From a virus (taxonomy: Duplodnaviria > Caudoviricetes), in the IMG/VR virus record IMGVR_UViG_3300044274_000314, positions 1-52,166 of that record: a stretch of 52,166 nt of DNA. One strand, written 5' to 3'. A model generated the notes under the pieces. It searched no databases and had not been told where the DNA came from. It saw nothing but the letters and a program-made list of their open reading frames with translations. A program made the translations under genes and the position numbers. Shown piece after piece: positions 8,860 to 18,221 of this stretch (the stretch's first letter is position 1; the number at the start of each line of letters is the position of its first letter).

Positions 8860-9470
8860 TAGCGCAGCACCTGCTCGGCCTCGAACCGGATGTTCCAGTC
8901 CTTGAAGCCTTCCTTGATGCGAGGTGTCTTCAGCATCCGGAACTCACCGACCGCCTGAATACGACGGGGAAGTATTGTCGTCGCATGCGGAGCCCATGGC
9001 CGCGGCCAGACATCCACAGTGATGTTCCCGGATCCGTCCGCGGTCGCCGGCGCCACCACCTGCCCGATCCAGTAGCCGTTCGCAGACGTCCGATAGCTGA
9101 GCATGTCACCGTAGTTGGCTGCCTTGCCGGCACCCCATCCACCAAACGTCAGTCGGCTATTGGCCACGCTGTAAGACTGAAGAGACAGTCCGACATCAGA
9201 CGTGATCGACTTGTCCTTCGGGTTCGGCCGCATCGTCCGCCACATGGTGAAAGTGTTCACAGCGAGCTGCCGGCGCGCCAGGAACGCCTCCCACTCATCG
9301 AAGTGCGCGCGGTTCTTGATGTTGACCCGGACATCGATGCTCCAGAACGGATCGCCGACCTCGATGATGTCCGCCTCGCCGCTGTTCGAGAACAGGGAGG
9401 TTTGGTTTTCATTGCGCGACCAAGTTGCCTCGATGATACCGAGGCACGGCGCCAGTTCACCTGCGCTCAT
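8859..9470 (-). CDS. Distal tail protein (Dit-like)
   Basis: 203 aa directly after the tape measure gene; ATADGSG..TV.VWP pattern. Confidence 0.7.
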   Translation of the reverse strand: MSAGELAPCLGIIEATWSRNENQTSLFSNSGEADIIEVGDPFWSIDVRVNIKNRAHFDEWEAFLARRQLAVNTFTMWRTMRPNPKDKSITSDVGLSLQSYSVANSRLTFGGWGAGKAANYGDMLSYRTSANGYWIGQVVAPATADGSGNITVDVWPRPWAPHATTILPRRIQAVGEFRMLKTPRIKEGFKDWNIRFEAEQVLR

Positions 9471-9473
9471 GAC

Positions 9474-12400
9474 CTATCCTTTGAAGAAGCGATTGCGCTC
9501 GTGGCGCGGAGTCGTGTGCGTCTCGTTCCTGTCGATGACGCTCGAGAAGCTGGACTTCAGATTACTGACGGCCCGGTCCATTTCCGCACGGAGCGATGGC
9601 AGCGTGTCCTCAGTGACATTGCCCAGAACCTCCAGCGTGAAGCCGCCAATATTGATCGATCGACCACCGCCGGTGATGAAGGCTGGGTTGATCGCTGCCG
9701 GCTGGCTAATGCGATCCAGCTGGGCCCGGACATCGATGCCGCGGTTCATCAGCTCGATCAGCGGAGCGTTGAGACGGGTGCCCTCAGCGGTAACGACCGA
9801 CTCCCCCTTGGAGAGGCGGGCATTGATGCTGTCGGAGGTGCTGGTCCCCGGGCCCTGCAGGTTCACGACACCGCGTGCGAAGCCAGGCTGGACCGAACCG
9901 ATCTTGGCGACCTGCGCGATCGCCTGCGCGTACACGAGCGCGGAGGCCGCGAGGTTCAGCGGGTAAGGTACCTCGGCCAGCGCCTTTGCCGCAGCCGCTG
10001 GCGCAGCAAGCAGGGCCTGTCCTGCGCGGAACGCCTGCTCTACCCCGAAGAGCGTCTTGTAGATGCCCGACTGCTCCCCGGCATAGGCTTTGGCCATACC
10101 GGAAAGACCGGAGAACACATCCGCGGCCTGCCCCAGCTGACCGGCCAGAGCCGCGCTACGGACCGCAGCGATCTGCTCCTCGGCCGCTGTCTCGATCTCC
10201 AGCTTCCGGGCGTTGAACTCCTCCTGGTAGTCGAGGAGGGTCTCGAGCTTCTCCTGCTCGAGAGCGAGTTCCTTGGCGGCAGCATCCTCGATCTGCTTGA
10301 TGCGGGCCTGCACCGGATTGTCGGTTTCGAACCCGGTGGTGGCCGAACGCGCCTCCTCGAGGAAGCGCTGGCGTTCTTCCTCCAGCGCAGCGAGGGCCTC
10401 GTTCTTCCGGCGCTCGCCATCGATTGTGTCGGCGAACGAGTTCTCGAGCAGCTCTTTGCGGGCGTCGAAGTCGCGCAGCGCAATCTCGATCGACCGACCG
10501 GCAGCGCGATCACGCGCATCGAGGATCCGGCGGAGGAGTTCTTCCTCCTTATCGACCAGCGCCTGCTCGCGCTCGGCCTTTTCATCCTGCGCCTTCTTCT
10601 CTTCCGCGTCGATGCGGCGGCGCTCTTTATCGAGTGCGATCTCGGCAGCGAGTTCCTGGTTGCGCGCGTCCTGACCGGTCTTGCCGAGCGTCTTGATCGC
10701 CGCGATCCGCTCCCGGTAGAGATCCTCGGCCGCCTTGCGCTCGGCATCGTAGGTGTCGAGGACCGCCTTCTCGAGATCGGATAGGACGGACTCGGCGGCC
10801 TTGCGCTCTTTGTCCGTGGCACCACCGCCGCCGCCTTCCTGTTCGCGGACGCTTTCGCGCGCCAGCGAGCGGGCCGTCGCCTCATCGATACCTTTGTCGA
10901 GAAGCTCAATCGTCGCTTCAGCGATAGCGATCTGCTCCTCGAAGCGTGCGACCGCGGCGTCCGCACCCCGGGACCTGGCATTGTCGAGGCTGGCGTAGAG
11001 CTCCTCGATGTTCTTGCGTTCCCGCTCGATCGCACCGACGTTCTTCAGGTCGGTGGAGCGCTGGTTCAGTGCGCGGACGAGCCCGTCGATCCCGCCTTCC
11101 GCAATGGCTTTGCCGATATCGACACCGCCCTCACCGAACGATCCTTCAATCACGCCCTTGAGCTGGATCTGCGCGCGGCCGAGTGCTTGGCGGGCAGCTA
11201 CGACCTGCGCATCGAATTGGGTTTCGATATCGCTGATGTTGCCACCGCCCTCAAGGAGCCGCCGGCCCTCGAAGCCTTCGGATTTGTTGAGTCGGGACTG
11301 CGCCTGCTTCTTCTCAAGGTCATCGAGCGCGGCCTGCGCCTTTGCGACAGCTGCGGCGCCCTGCTGGATCTGGGTGGCGATGGTGGTGGCGGAGACTTTT
11401 TGGAGTGCATCAACGATTTCCAACGCCGCATCGCGCATATCGTTGAGGACAGGGATCGTGTTTTCGGCTCCGCTTTTGACGTTGACGAACCCATCGAACT
11501 CTTCGGTGTCGGCCAGGAACGTGTTGATGTCCTCGATCGCCTTGCCTGCGCGCTCGATCGCTTCCTTGCCTTCGCGGGCGTTGCGGGACAGGACGATAAA
11601 TGCCGCAGCAGCGGCACCGATCGCGATCGCCGGACCGGACGCAGCGAGTAGCGCCATGGATCCCGAGAGCGCCTGCGTGGTCACCAGAGCGGCCCCGCCC
11701 TGCACCGTCAGAAGACCGAGGGCGGTCCGGAGCGATGCGATAGCCGGCAAGGCCTTTCCGAGCACGGAGGCGGCCAGCGGCAGCACAGCGCGCACGGAAA
11801 GGGCAACGAGCGCGACACCAAGGATGTCTGCATTCTCGGCCGTCACGGTTAGCAGCGCCTGCAGCCCCTCGAGCGCGATCACCAGGCCGTCCTCTGCACC
11901 CGCGTCGCCGAGCGCCAGGATCAACTCTTCGAGACGAGACTTCGTCGCCAGCAGCGCGCCGTTGAGGTTCCTGTCCATCACGTCCGCGATGCGCTCAGCC
12001 GTACCACCTGCCTCATCATAGGCGTCGGCGAGCTCGCGCACCTTCGGGATAGACGACTGAAGGACCTCGAAGGCCGGGCCGCCACGCAGGCCGAAGAGCG
12101 CGATCGCGTCCGCGGTGCTGACACCCTTGTCGGCCAGGAGGTCGAGTGAGTTGGCGAGCGACCCGGTGGCGCTGATGGACACGTCCTTCATCGTCAGGCC
12201 GTACTTGGCCAGCACCTGCTCGCCCTGCTTGGACTGTTTCTCAAGGCCGATCATCACCCGGCGCAGACCGGTACCGGCCATGGAACCCTGCAGGCCAGCA
12301 TCGGAGAGCGCGGAGACCGCGGCCGCCGTGTCCTCGATTCCAACACCGAGTCCGGCAGCGATCGGGCCTGCGTACTTCATGGCCTCGCCCAGCTGGACGA

Positions 12401-13004
12401 CGTCCGTGTTCGAGGAGTTGGCGGCCAGCGCCATCACGTCGACCACGCGGGCGGTCTCCGCGACCTCAAGGCGGAAGCCCTGCAGGACGTTGGAGGCGAT
12501 ATCGGCCGCGCGCCCGAGGTCGAGGTTGCCGGCCTGTGCGAGCTGCAGCGTTCCCTCGATCGATCCCAGCACCTGGTCGGTGTCGAAACCCGCCCGGGCA
12601 AGATAGAGCATGCCCTCGGCGGCCTGTGTGGCGCTGAAGCGTGTGGACGCACCAAGCTCGCGCGCCTTCTTCTCGAGCGCGCCAAACTGCGTCTCAGTGG
12701 CCTGCGTGACAGCCGCAACCGTCGACATGGCCTGCGAGAAGTCCGCGAGCACCCGGATACCCGCGGTCGCTCCTGCTACGGATGCAAGTGCGAGGGCAGA
12801 GGTCCGGAGGCTCGATGCCATGGCACGGCTGGCCGAGCCGACAGCGGTGAATGAGCGCACCGTAGACTTTTCGGTCAACCCAGCCTGCCGGCGCATGTTG
12901 CCCATATGCCGTTCAAACTTGCGGTCGCCATCAGCGAGTTCGCGCTTGTACTGGTCCAGCTTCGCCTGAAGCTCGACCACCACGCGGTCAGCGGTCACGG
13001 CCAT
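9474..13004 (-). CDS. Tail tape measure protein (TP901-family core)
   Basis: 1176 aa, Ala-rich helical; TRFSATQAAEGM..LARAG, AGTGLR, GFARG...GPGTSTSDSI.ARLSKGE motifs. Confidence 0.96.
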   Translation of the reverse strand: MAVTADRVVVELQAKLDQYKRELADGDRKFERHMGNMRRQAGLTEKSTVRSFTAVGSASRAMASSLRTSALALASVAGATAGIRVLADFSQAMSTVAAVTQATETQFGALEKKARELGASTRFSATQAAEGMLYLARAGFDTDQVLGSIEGTLQLAQAGNLDLGRAADIASNVLQGFRLEVAETARVVDVMALAANSSNTDVVQLGEAMKYAGPIAAGLGVGIEDTAAAVSALSDAGLQGSMAGTGLRRVMIGLEKQSKQGEQVLAKYGLTMKDVSISATGSLANSLDLLADKGVSTADAIALFGLRGGPAFEVLQSSIPKVRELADAYDEAGGTAERIADVMDRNLNGALLATKSRLEELILALGDAGAEDGLVIALEGLQALLTVTAENADILGVALVALSVRAVLPLAASVLGKALPAIASLRTALGLLTVQGGAALVTTQALSGSMALLAASGPAIAIGAAAAAFIVLSRNAREGKEAIERAGKAIEDINTFLADTEEFDGFVNVKSGAENTIPVLNDMRDAALEIVDALQKVSATTIATQIQQGAAAVAKAQAALDDLEKKQAQSRLNKSEGFEGRRLLEGGGNISDIETQFDAQVVAARQALGRAQIQLKGVIEGSFGEGGVDIGKAIAEGGIDGLVRALNQRSTDLKNVGAIERERKNIEELYASLDNARSRGADAAVARFEEQIAIAEATIELLDKGIDEATARSLARESVREQEGGGGGATDKERKAAESVLSDLEKAVLDTYDAERKAAEDLYRERIAAIKTLGKTGQDARNQELAAEIALDKERRRIDAEEKKAQDEKAEREQALVDKEEELLRRILDARDRAAGRSIEIALRDFDARKELLENSFADTIDGERRKNEALAALEEERQRFLEEARSATTGFETDNPVQARIKQIEDAAAKELALEQEKLETLLDYQEEFNARKLEIETAAEEQIAAVRSAALAGQLGQAADVFSGLSGMAKAYAGEQSGIYKTLFGVEQAFRAGQALLAAPAAAAKALAEVPYPLNLAASALVYAQAIAQVAKIGSVQPGFARGVVNLQGPGTSTSDSINARLSKGESVVTAEGTRLNAPLIELMNRGIDVRAQLDRISQPAAINPAFITGGGRSINIGGFTLEVLGNVTEDTLPSLRAEMDRAVSNLKSSFSSVIDRNETHTTPRHERNRFFKG

Positions 13005-13025
13005 GAGCGTGTCCTTTCAACGGAC

Positions 13026-13050
13026 AAAAAAGCCGCCCCGAAGGGCGGCT
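13026..13050 (-). terminator. Rho-independent terminator between the tail chaperones and the tape measure gene
   Basis: Minus strand AGCCGCCC-TTCG-GGGCGGCT followed by a T-tract. Confidence 0.75.
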
Positions 13051-13060
13051 CTGTCAGCGT

Positions 13061-13303
13061 TTAGATCTTGACGTCCGGGAGGTTCATCTTCCGGATCATG
13101 TCCTTGGCGTCCTCATACTCCTCCATGCTCATTGGCTCCGCGGACGGTGGCCTCATGAGACGGGCGTGCTCGGCGATCATGCCTTGCCACTGCCAGAGGG
13201 TGAGGTCGTCGATTTCTTTGGGCGAGATGCCTTTTTCGAGGCCGACCCCGTAGCAGGCGGCGAGGTTGAAGAACTGCTCTCCCCCGCCGCCGCTGTCTTT
13301 TTT
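13061..13303 (-). CDS. -1 frameshift extension of the tail assembly chaperone (gpGT-like C-terminal part)
   Basis: A AAA AAG at 13303-13297; the -1 frame reads ...FFNLAACYGVGLEKGISPKEIDDLTLWQWQGMIAEH...PDVKI* up to 13061. Confidence 0.8.
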   Translation of the reverse strand, partial: KKDSGGGGEQFFNLAACYGVGLEKGISPKEIDDLTLWQWQGMIAEHARLMRPPSAEPMSMEEYEDAKDMIRKMNLPDVKI

Positions 13304-13650
13304 CCGCCATCGTCCCCAGCACCCGGATCATCGTAACCCTCGACGCATGCGCCAAGGATCGCGACCGCGTGCCCATGCCAGACCGCGAGCGGCCACTCAT
13401 CACAGTAGCGATCGATCAGCTTGCGTGCTTCCTGGGGATCCACGCCGCCACCGATCAGGCCGAGCCGGACCGTTTCAGTCAGGTCCTGAGCCTTATAGTC
13501 TGCCGTCAGACAGACCCGCTTCCAGATGGTGCCGATCGGGGCGCTGCACTTGTCTTCCAGCTCCGCGATCCGTTTGAGCGGGAGCCGGAAGACGTAGTCT
13601 GCGTCAGCGAAGGTCAACTCCACCTGACAGGAACGATAGCGCTGGGACAT
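13177..13650 (-). CDS. Tail assembly chaperone (GTA gp10-like, gpG equivalent)
   Basis: FADADY.FRL....IAELE.KC...ETVRLGLIGGG; lies between tail tube and tape measure genes. Confidence 0.88.
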   Translation of the reverse strand: MSQRYRSCQVELTFADADYVFRLPLKRIAELEDKCSAPIGTIWKRVCLTADYKAQDLTETVRLGLIGGGVDPQEARKLIDRYCDEWPLAVWHGHAVAILGACVEGYDDPGAGDDGGKKTAAAGESSSSTSPPATGSASKKASRPKKSTTSPSGSGKA

Positions 13651-14102
13651 TAGGAAGCCGCTGTGAAGACCGGCTTGCCGTTGAGGGCGAGGCCGACGCT
13701 GTTCTGCCAGCGCTGTCCGCGCGAGCCGGACTCCTCATACGAGGTGATCACCGCCGGGGCCTGGAAGTAGCCACCGCCCTCACCGGCCGTCAGGTCACGG
13801 AACCAGCGGACGTTCTTCTCAGCAGCACCATCGGTGAACCACCATGCCTGCCACGTTTGCATCGCATCGGAGTCGAGGACCCCGGAGCCCTGCAGAGTCA
13901 TCTGCTGGGACACGATATCGGTCGCGAGCCATGCGGCGAGGTCCGGATCATCACAATCCGGGATGTTCACCGTGTTGCTCTCGATGTTGATGGTCATGGT
14001 CAGCTCGGAGAAGCCACACGGGGCAGTGAACGCTTCCGAGGAGGCGCCGTCGCCGAGCATGATCATGCACTTGCCGAACTTAATCGTCTTTGCCTGTGCC
14101 AT
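13650..14102 (-). CDS. Major tail tube protein
   Basis: LGDGASSEAFTAPCG...IPDCDDPD...GSGVL, typical of alphaproteobacterial siphophage and GTA tubes. Confidence 0.9.
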   Translation of the reverse strand: MAQAKTIKFGKCMIMLGDGASSEAFTAPCGFSELTMTINIESNTVNIPDCDDPDLAAWLATDIVSQQMTLQGSGVLDSDAMQTWQAWWFTDGAAEKNVRWFRDLTAGEGGGYFQAPAVITSYEESGSRGQRWQNSVGLALNGKPVFTAAS

Positions 14103-14207
14103 AAAATGGGCATCCTTCTATTGGGCTGCGCCGCCTCACGGCGGTGCGTCACGGGGTTGCCCAGACCCCATGTCTTGGTTTCATCCGCCTGGGCCGGGCG
14201 GGTCTTG

Positions 14208-14627
14208 TCACTCGGCTGTGGTCACAACCGAGAATTCGATGATTGCGTGAAAGTCGGTGCCGGCATCGCCGTCCGGGATGGTCTGGGTTCCCTCCCAGTC
14301 GAGCGAGACCAGGCCGAGACCGTCAGCCAGTGGAAGTGTGTCAGACGAGAGCGCCTCGACCACCGCAGCAGCTAGATTGGCGCACGCGGCCTCGTCCGGG
14401 CCTCTTGCGTGCGCATGGACGGTGATGCGTGCGTCGGTGCCACCCCACTCACTGGCTTCGAAGGGGCGAATGTCCGGAACCCCGTAGCGGACGAAGTCCC
14501 ACTCCGTCTTGTCCGGAACCCGGATTCCGTAGACCCGGTCGCTGACTTTGTCGGTCACGCCCGTGCTGGCGAGGAGGTGGCTGATCACCGCCTTCCGGAT
14601 GGCCAGAGAGTGATCAACCGGCAGCAT
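14208..14627 (-). CDS. Tail terminator / tail completion protein (DUF3168-like)
   Basis: 139 aa; RVY...P....W.FVRYG pattern; immediately before the tube gene. Confidence 0.85.
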   Translation of the reverse strand: MLPVDHSLAIRKAVISHLLASTGVTDKVSDRVYGIRVPDKTEWDFVRYGVPDIRPFEASEWGGTDARITVHAHARGPDEAACANLAAAVVEALSSDTLPLADGLGLVSLDWEGTQTIPDGDAGTDFHAIIEFSVVTTAE

Positions 14628-14850
14628 CAGCGCCCGACTCCTGCTCGGTCACGACTTCTGGACTGGGTGTCTCATCAGCGGCCGTGCTGACCGGGTTGCC
14701 TTCACGGTCGCAAAGGAATCCCTTCTTCTCAGCCACCGCTTCTTCAGCACACGCGCGAGGCACGTTCTCGACAGCGCCTTCCGGAAATGACCGCATGCTG
14801 CGCTTCGTGGGACGCCAGTCATGGCGCTCGGTGAATTTGAACCAGACCAT
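14614..14850 (-). CDS. Small hypothetical neck-region protein
   Basis: AGGA RBS; coupled between the gp10-like and terminator genes. Confidence 0.7.
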   Translation of the reverse strand: MVWFKFTERHDWRPTKRSMRSFPEGAVENVPRACAEEAVAEKKGFLCDREGNPVSTAADETPSPEVVTEQESGADAAG

Positions 14851-14853
14851 GGC

Positions 14854-15261
14854 TCATCCTTTCCTGTTAATTCGGGAAACCGCGCGCGCGACGTTGACCT
14901 GATAGTCCTTGCGGACCGTCTTCGCGGCCGGTCGCATGTACGGGCGCTCCGCCATCTTTGATGTGCCGTATTCAAGGTGCGCTGCGTATGGCGCAGCACT
15001 TTCGGCCACCGCCTTCAGAGATCCGGTGAGCCGCGCCGTGATGCCCGCCGAGAGGACCCCGGTGTCGAGATTGGGAGGCTCGCCGGGCTTCGAAGGCTGG
15101 TGACCTTTGCCCTGAATGGAGCCTTTGGCGATCAGGAACTGAGCCTCGCCCCGCACGCGGTCTGCAGCGATGTAGACCTGCTTGCTGAGCTCAAGGACCA
15201 GCTCCCGACCGCGCATGCGGCTCAGGCGCCGGCGATGTTTACCCGCGCCTGTGATCTTCAT
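14854..15261 (-). CDS. HK97 gp10-like neck / tail-completion protein
   Basis: PSKPGEPPNLDTG.L, APYAAHLEYGTSKMAERPYMRPA. Confidence 0.92.
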   Translation of the reverse strand: MKITGAGKHRRRLSRMRGRELVLELSKQVYIAADRVRGEAQFLIAKGSIQGKGHQPSKPGEPPNLDTGVLSAGITARLTGSLKAVAESAAPYAAHLEYGTSKMAERPYMRPAAKTVRKDYQVNVARAVSRINRKG

Positions 15262-15635
15262 TAGGCCGGGTCGCTGACCGAGAAGACGTTTGAAGCATCC
15301 GGGATGGACACCACGTCGCCGCTGACAAGGGTGCGGGAGTACGCCGCGTAGCCGAGCAGATTGCCCGCGGTGGCGGCGTCATAATAGGCGACAGAAGTCA
15401 CAGCCTGGGAGGCAACAGCGACGGTGCCGAGCGCGGCATCGCCGTCCGGCGTGCGAGCGCCGGCAGCAGCAGCCCCAAGTGCGACGGCTGGGCGGTTACC
15501 AGATCCCCAGAGGGTGGCCGGCACGACTTCGGAGGCGCCGGAGTCACCCGGGTTACCCCCAGTGAAGAATGCGGCGTATACGGTGTTCGGCAATGCATCG
15601 AGCATCGTATGCTTAGCCGCTGTGGTAAGTGGCAT
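15261..15635 (-). CDS. Small virion structural protein of the type usually paired with fibre/repeat genes
   Basis: YAAFFTGGNPGDSGASEV...YDAATAGNLL...RTLVSGDVVSI pattern; AAAGGAAAG RBS. Confidence 0.7.
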   Translation of the reverse strand: MPLTTAAKHTMLDALPNTVYAAFFTGGNPGDSGASEVVPATLWGSGNRPAVALGAAAAGARTPDGDAALGTVAVASQAVTSVAYYDAATAGNLLGYAAYSRTLVSGDVVSIPDASNVFSVSDPA

Positions 15636-15701
15636 GGGTCTTTCCTTTCAGTGGTGTGGTCAGGAGGCACCCGCCTCCCTTTGATTGATGGGCTGTCGGC
15701 G

Positions 15702-18218
15702 CTATGGCGCGCCGTTGATGGCCACCATGATCGCCACGCCGGTGTTGTCGGCGGCAGGAAGCGTGCGCGTTCCTGTGGCGCCGGCAGAGGCGATCTCTTC
15801 GTCGTATGCGCCGTGCATGAGGCCGCCGAAGTTCAGCCAGCTTGCCCGCTGGGTCATGCCGCTCGGGGCACCGGTCGGGTAGCAGCTGGCCGCAAAGGCG
15901 ATGATCCGGCTGTTGTCGTTTGCGGTGGTGACGCCCGGGATCGTCTTGGACGTCCCGGAAGCAGCAGCACCAGCAATCGCCGCGGTCGGTGTGGATGTGT
16001 CCACGCTGTCGTATCGAAGCATGGCCGCAAACGGATAGTCCGCACCCGGAATCGTCCAGGTGTAGCTCGAGGGCTCGCTGGCGCCGGCGATCTTGTAGAA
16101 CACCTGCGCGTTGGTGCCGCCGGCAGAGTAGACCGACCCAAGCGCCGTCCATCCAGCAGGCGGCGTGAATGTGGACGACGCAAAGTCGCCAAACATAGCG
16201 ATCAGCAGGTCTCCTTCGACCGTGCCCGCGGGCTTGTTGATGCTCGTGGTGCCTTCCATCGTGGTGACGGACTGGAATACCGGCGTCGTTCTGCCGGCAG
16301 CGCCCGCTTCGACGTTGACGCCATTGCCCGCGTCCGCCACGCCGACCGCATCTGCTTCGACGTTGGCCGTCCGTGTCACCGTGCCGGCATCTACCACACT
16401 GTCCCCAGCCGCATTGACCGAGACGCCCCGCTTAACTGCTGCCCCGGCATCCGCAATCGTTGCGGCCAGCGCATCGACGCTCACGCCGCGAGAGACGCTG
16501 CCAGCGGTACCGATGCCTGTAGCATTGCCGTCGACCAGCACCGAGATGCTGACCGCGGATACTTCGGCCACGCCGGCTGCATCGGCAGAGACCGAAAGGC
16601 CGCGTTCGACGCCTGCGGATGCGTTAGCCGTCGCGGCTGCATCGGCAGAGATTGCAACTGTACGTTCGAGCGCAGCGGATGCGTCGGCGACCGCGGCAGC
16701 GTTAGCGGCGATATCGACCCCGATCTGAATGCCCGCACCACTATCGGCCGTCGCGGATGCGTAAGCTTCAACACCGACCGTCCTGGCGACTGCGCCAGCG
16801 TCAGCGATCGCGCCGACTTCGGCCTCAATACCGATCGAGCGTGTGACCGCACCAGCATCAGCGACGGCCCCTGCTTCAGCGTTGACGCGTGCCTCGCGCT
16901 GAGGCGCACCCACGGTACCGACGCCGATGACCTCCGCGTTGAACTCGCCTGCGATATCGGGGGTGCCAGCATCGGTGATGCCAGAAGCCGGGCTGTTGAT
17001 TTCGACGGCCACACCGATATCTGCGACCGCATCGCCGATCGATGCCGCCTCCGCGTCCACCGAAAGCGCCCGGGTCGGGGCTCCAGCATCGGCGACAGCA
17101 CCTGCGTCCGCGGTGACCAGAACGCCACCTTCCGGCGCACCAGCGTCTGCGATCGTCTCGACCTCAGCTGCAACGTGGATCTCAACGCGCGGCGAGCCGA
17201 CCTCGGCGACACCAGAGGCTTCTGCCGAGAACTCTCCGGCCACTTCTGGGGTGCCTGCGCTTGCCTCACCCGAGGCGGCTGCAGAAATCGACACAGTGCG
17301 GCGAGGTTCGCCCGTGGTGGCGGTTACAGAAATTTCGCTATCGATGCGCACCTGACGTTGCGGGGCGCCCACGGCTGCGACAGCGCCCGCAGTGTTGTCC
17401 ACCACGAGACGGAGCGTCGGTGCGCCAGCGGCAGCAACTGCGATCGCAGTGGCGGTGACCGGGACCGGACCGGAATTGTCACCGGTCAGGATCGGGCGAC
17501 CCTGGATCGTCCAGGAAGCGCGTGCCGGGTCCTGCCGGATGGCCTGAATGGAGTAGAGCTGCCCCCGGATGGTGATGCGGCTTTCGAGATCCGGAACGAT
17601 GGAGACGTCCTTCTGCAGGACGATGAGCTTCACATCCGTTTCCGGGATGTTGCCGCGCGCACGCTCGCGCGCAGTGTACTGTTCGACCATGCCCTTCGCG
17701 GAACTGGTCGACGTCGACTCCGACATGCCGCCTTCGCCATCCGCGGTCAGCGTGACTGAAGTGATCGTCGCGTCGAGGAGGAGCGGTGAAAAGACAGACC
17801 CGAAGACTTCCTTCAGGTCAGCGCCGAGGAGCCCGTAGAAGGCGATCGCAGTGGCGGTGTTCGGATAGACCGGGCGGCCTTGGATGGTCCACGAGGCCTG
17901 AGCGGGGTCCTGATCGATCGCGGCGACCGAGTAGACCTGCCCCGCGATGGTGATGGTGCTTTCGAGGTCAGGCGTGACGGTCACGCCCTCCTGAAGGATG
18001 ATCAGCTTGACGTCCGTCGCCGGGATGTCGCCATTCGCCTGCTCATAAGCCGAGTAATCCTCGACCATGCCCTTGGCGGCGGAGGTGGCCGGGGTCCCTT
18101 CGGTCCAGCCACCGTCCCCGGTTTTCGTCAGTGTCGGCTTCGAAATCTCAGCATCCAGAAGGAGCGGCGAGAAGACGGCACCGAAGACACCTGCAAGATC
18201 ACCATCCAAGAGCGCCAT
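15702..18218 (-). CDS. Tandem head-closure domains fused to an Ala/Val repeat stalk and a C-terminal beta-rich domain (838 aa)
   Basis: Occupies the head-closure slot after the adaptor; two ~118-aa copies ending DPAxASWTIQGRP, about 20 repeats of 19-20 aa, then a KPAGTVEGDLLIA...TPPAGWT domain. Confidence 0.8.
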   Translation of the reverse strand: MALLDGDLAGVFGAVFSPLLLDAEISKPTLTKTGDGGWTEGTPATSAAKGMVEDYSAYEQANGDIPATDVKLIILQEGVTVTPDLESTITIAGQVYSVAAIDQDPAQASWTIQGRPVYPNTATAIAFYGLLGADLKEVFGSVFSPLLLDATITSVTLTADGEGGMSESTSTSSAKGMVEQYTARERARGNIPETDVKLIVLQKDVSIVPDLESRITIRGQLYSIQAIRQDPARASWTIQGRPILTGDNSGPVPVTATAIAVAAAGAPTLRLVVDNTAGAVAAVGAPQRQVRIDSEISVTATTGEPRRTVSISAAASGEASAGTPEVAGEFSAEASGVAEVGSPRVEIHVAAEVETIADAGAPEGGVLVTADAGAVADAGAPTRALSVDAEAASIGDAVADIGVAVEINSPASGITDAGTPDIAGEFNAEVIGVGTVGAPQREARVNAEAGAVADAGAVTRSIGIEAEVGAIADAGAVARTVGVEAYASATADSGAGIQIGVDIAANAAAVADASAALERTVAISADAAATANASAGVERGLSVSADAAGVAEVSAVSISVLVDGNATGIGTAGSVSRGVSVDALAATIADAGAAVKRGVSVNAAGDSVVDAGTVTRTANVEADAVGVADAGNGVNVEAGAAGRTTPVFQSVTTMEGTTSINKPAGTVEGDLLIAMFGDFASSTFTPPAGWTALGSVYSAGGTNAQVFYKIAGASEPSSYTWTIPGADYPFAAMLRYDSVDTSTPTAAIAGAAASGTSKTIPGVTTANDNSRIIAFAASCYPTGAPSGMTQRASWLNFGGLMHGAYDEEIASAGATGTRTLPAADNTGVAIMVAINGAP
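16300..17450 (-). repeat. About 20 degenerate 19-20-aa coding repeats (consensus roughly A(V/I)ADAGAxxRxxxVxAxAx)
   Basis: Visible in the translation, e.g. AVADAGAPTRALSVDAEAA, AVADAGAVTRSIGIEAEVG, AIADAGAVARTVGVEAYAS; boundaries approximate. Confidence 0.8.
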
Positions 18219-18221
18219 GAA

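Noticed and set aside
8985-12969. Long plus-strand ORFs opposite the tape measure and Dit genes (e.g. 8985-10784, 11008-12021)
   Set aside because: Antisense shadows of high-GC coding sequence; no motifs, and they fully overlap well-supported minus-strand genes.
17495-18218. Duplicated segment considered as a DGR template/variable repeat pair or an assembly artefact
   Set aside because: No reverse transcriptase in the window. The copies differ at many positions of all base types while conserving the protein, which fits an old in-frame domain duplication.
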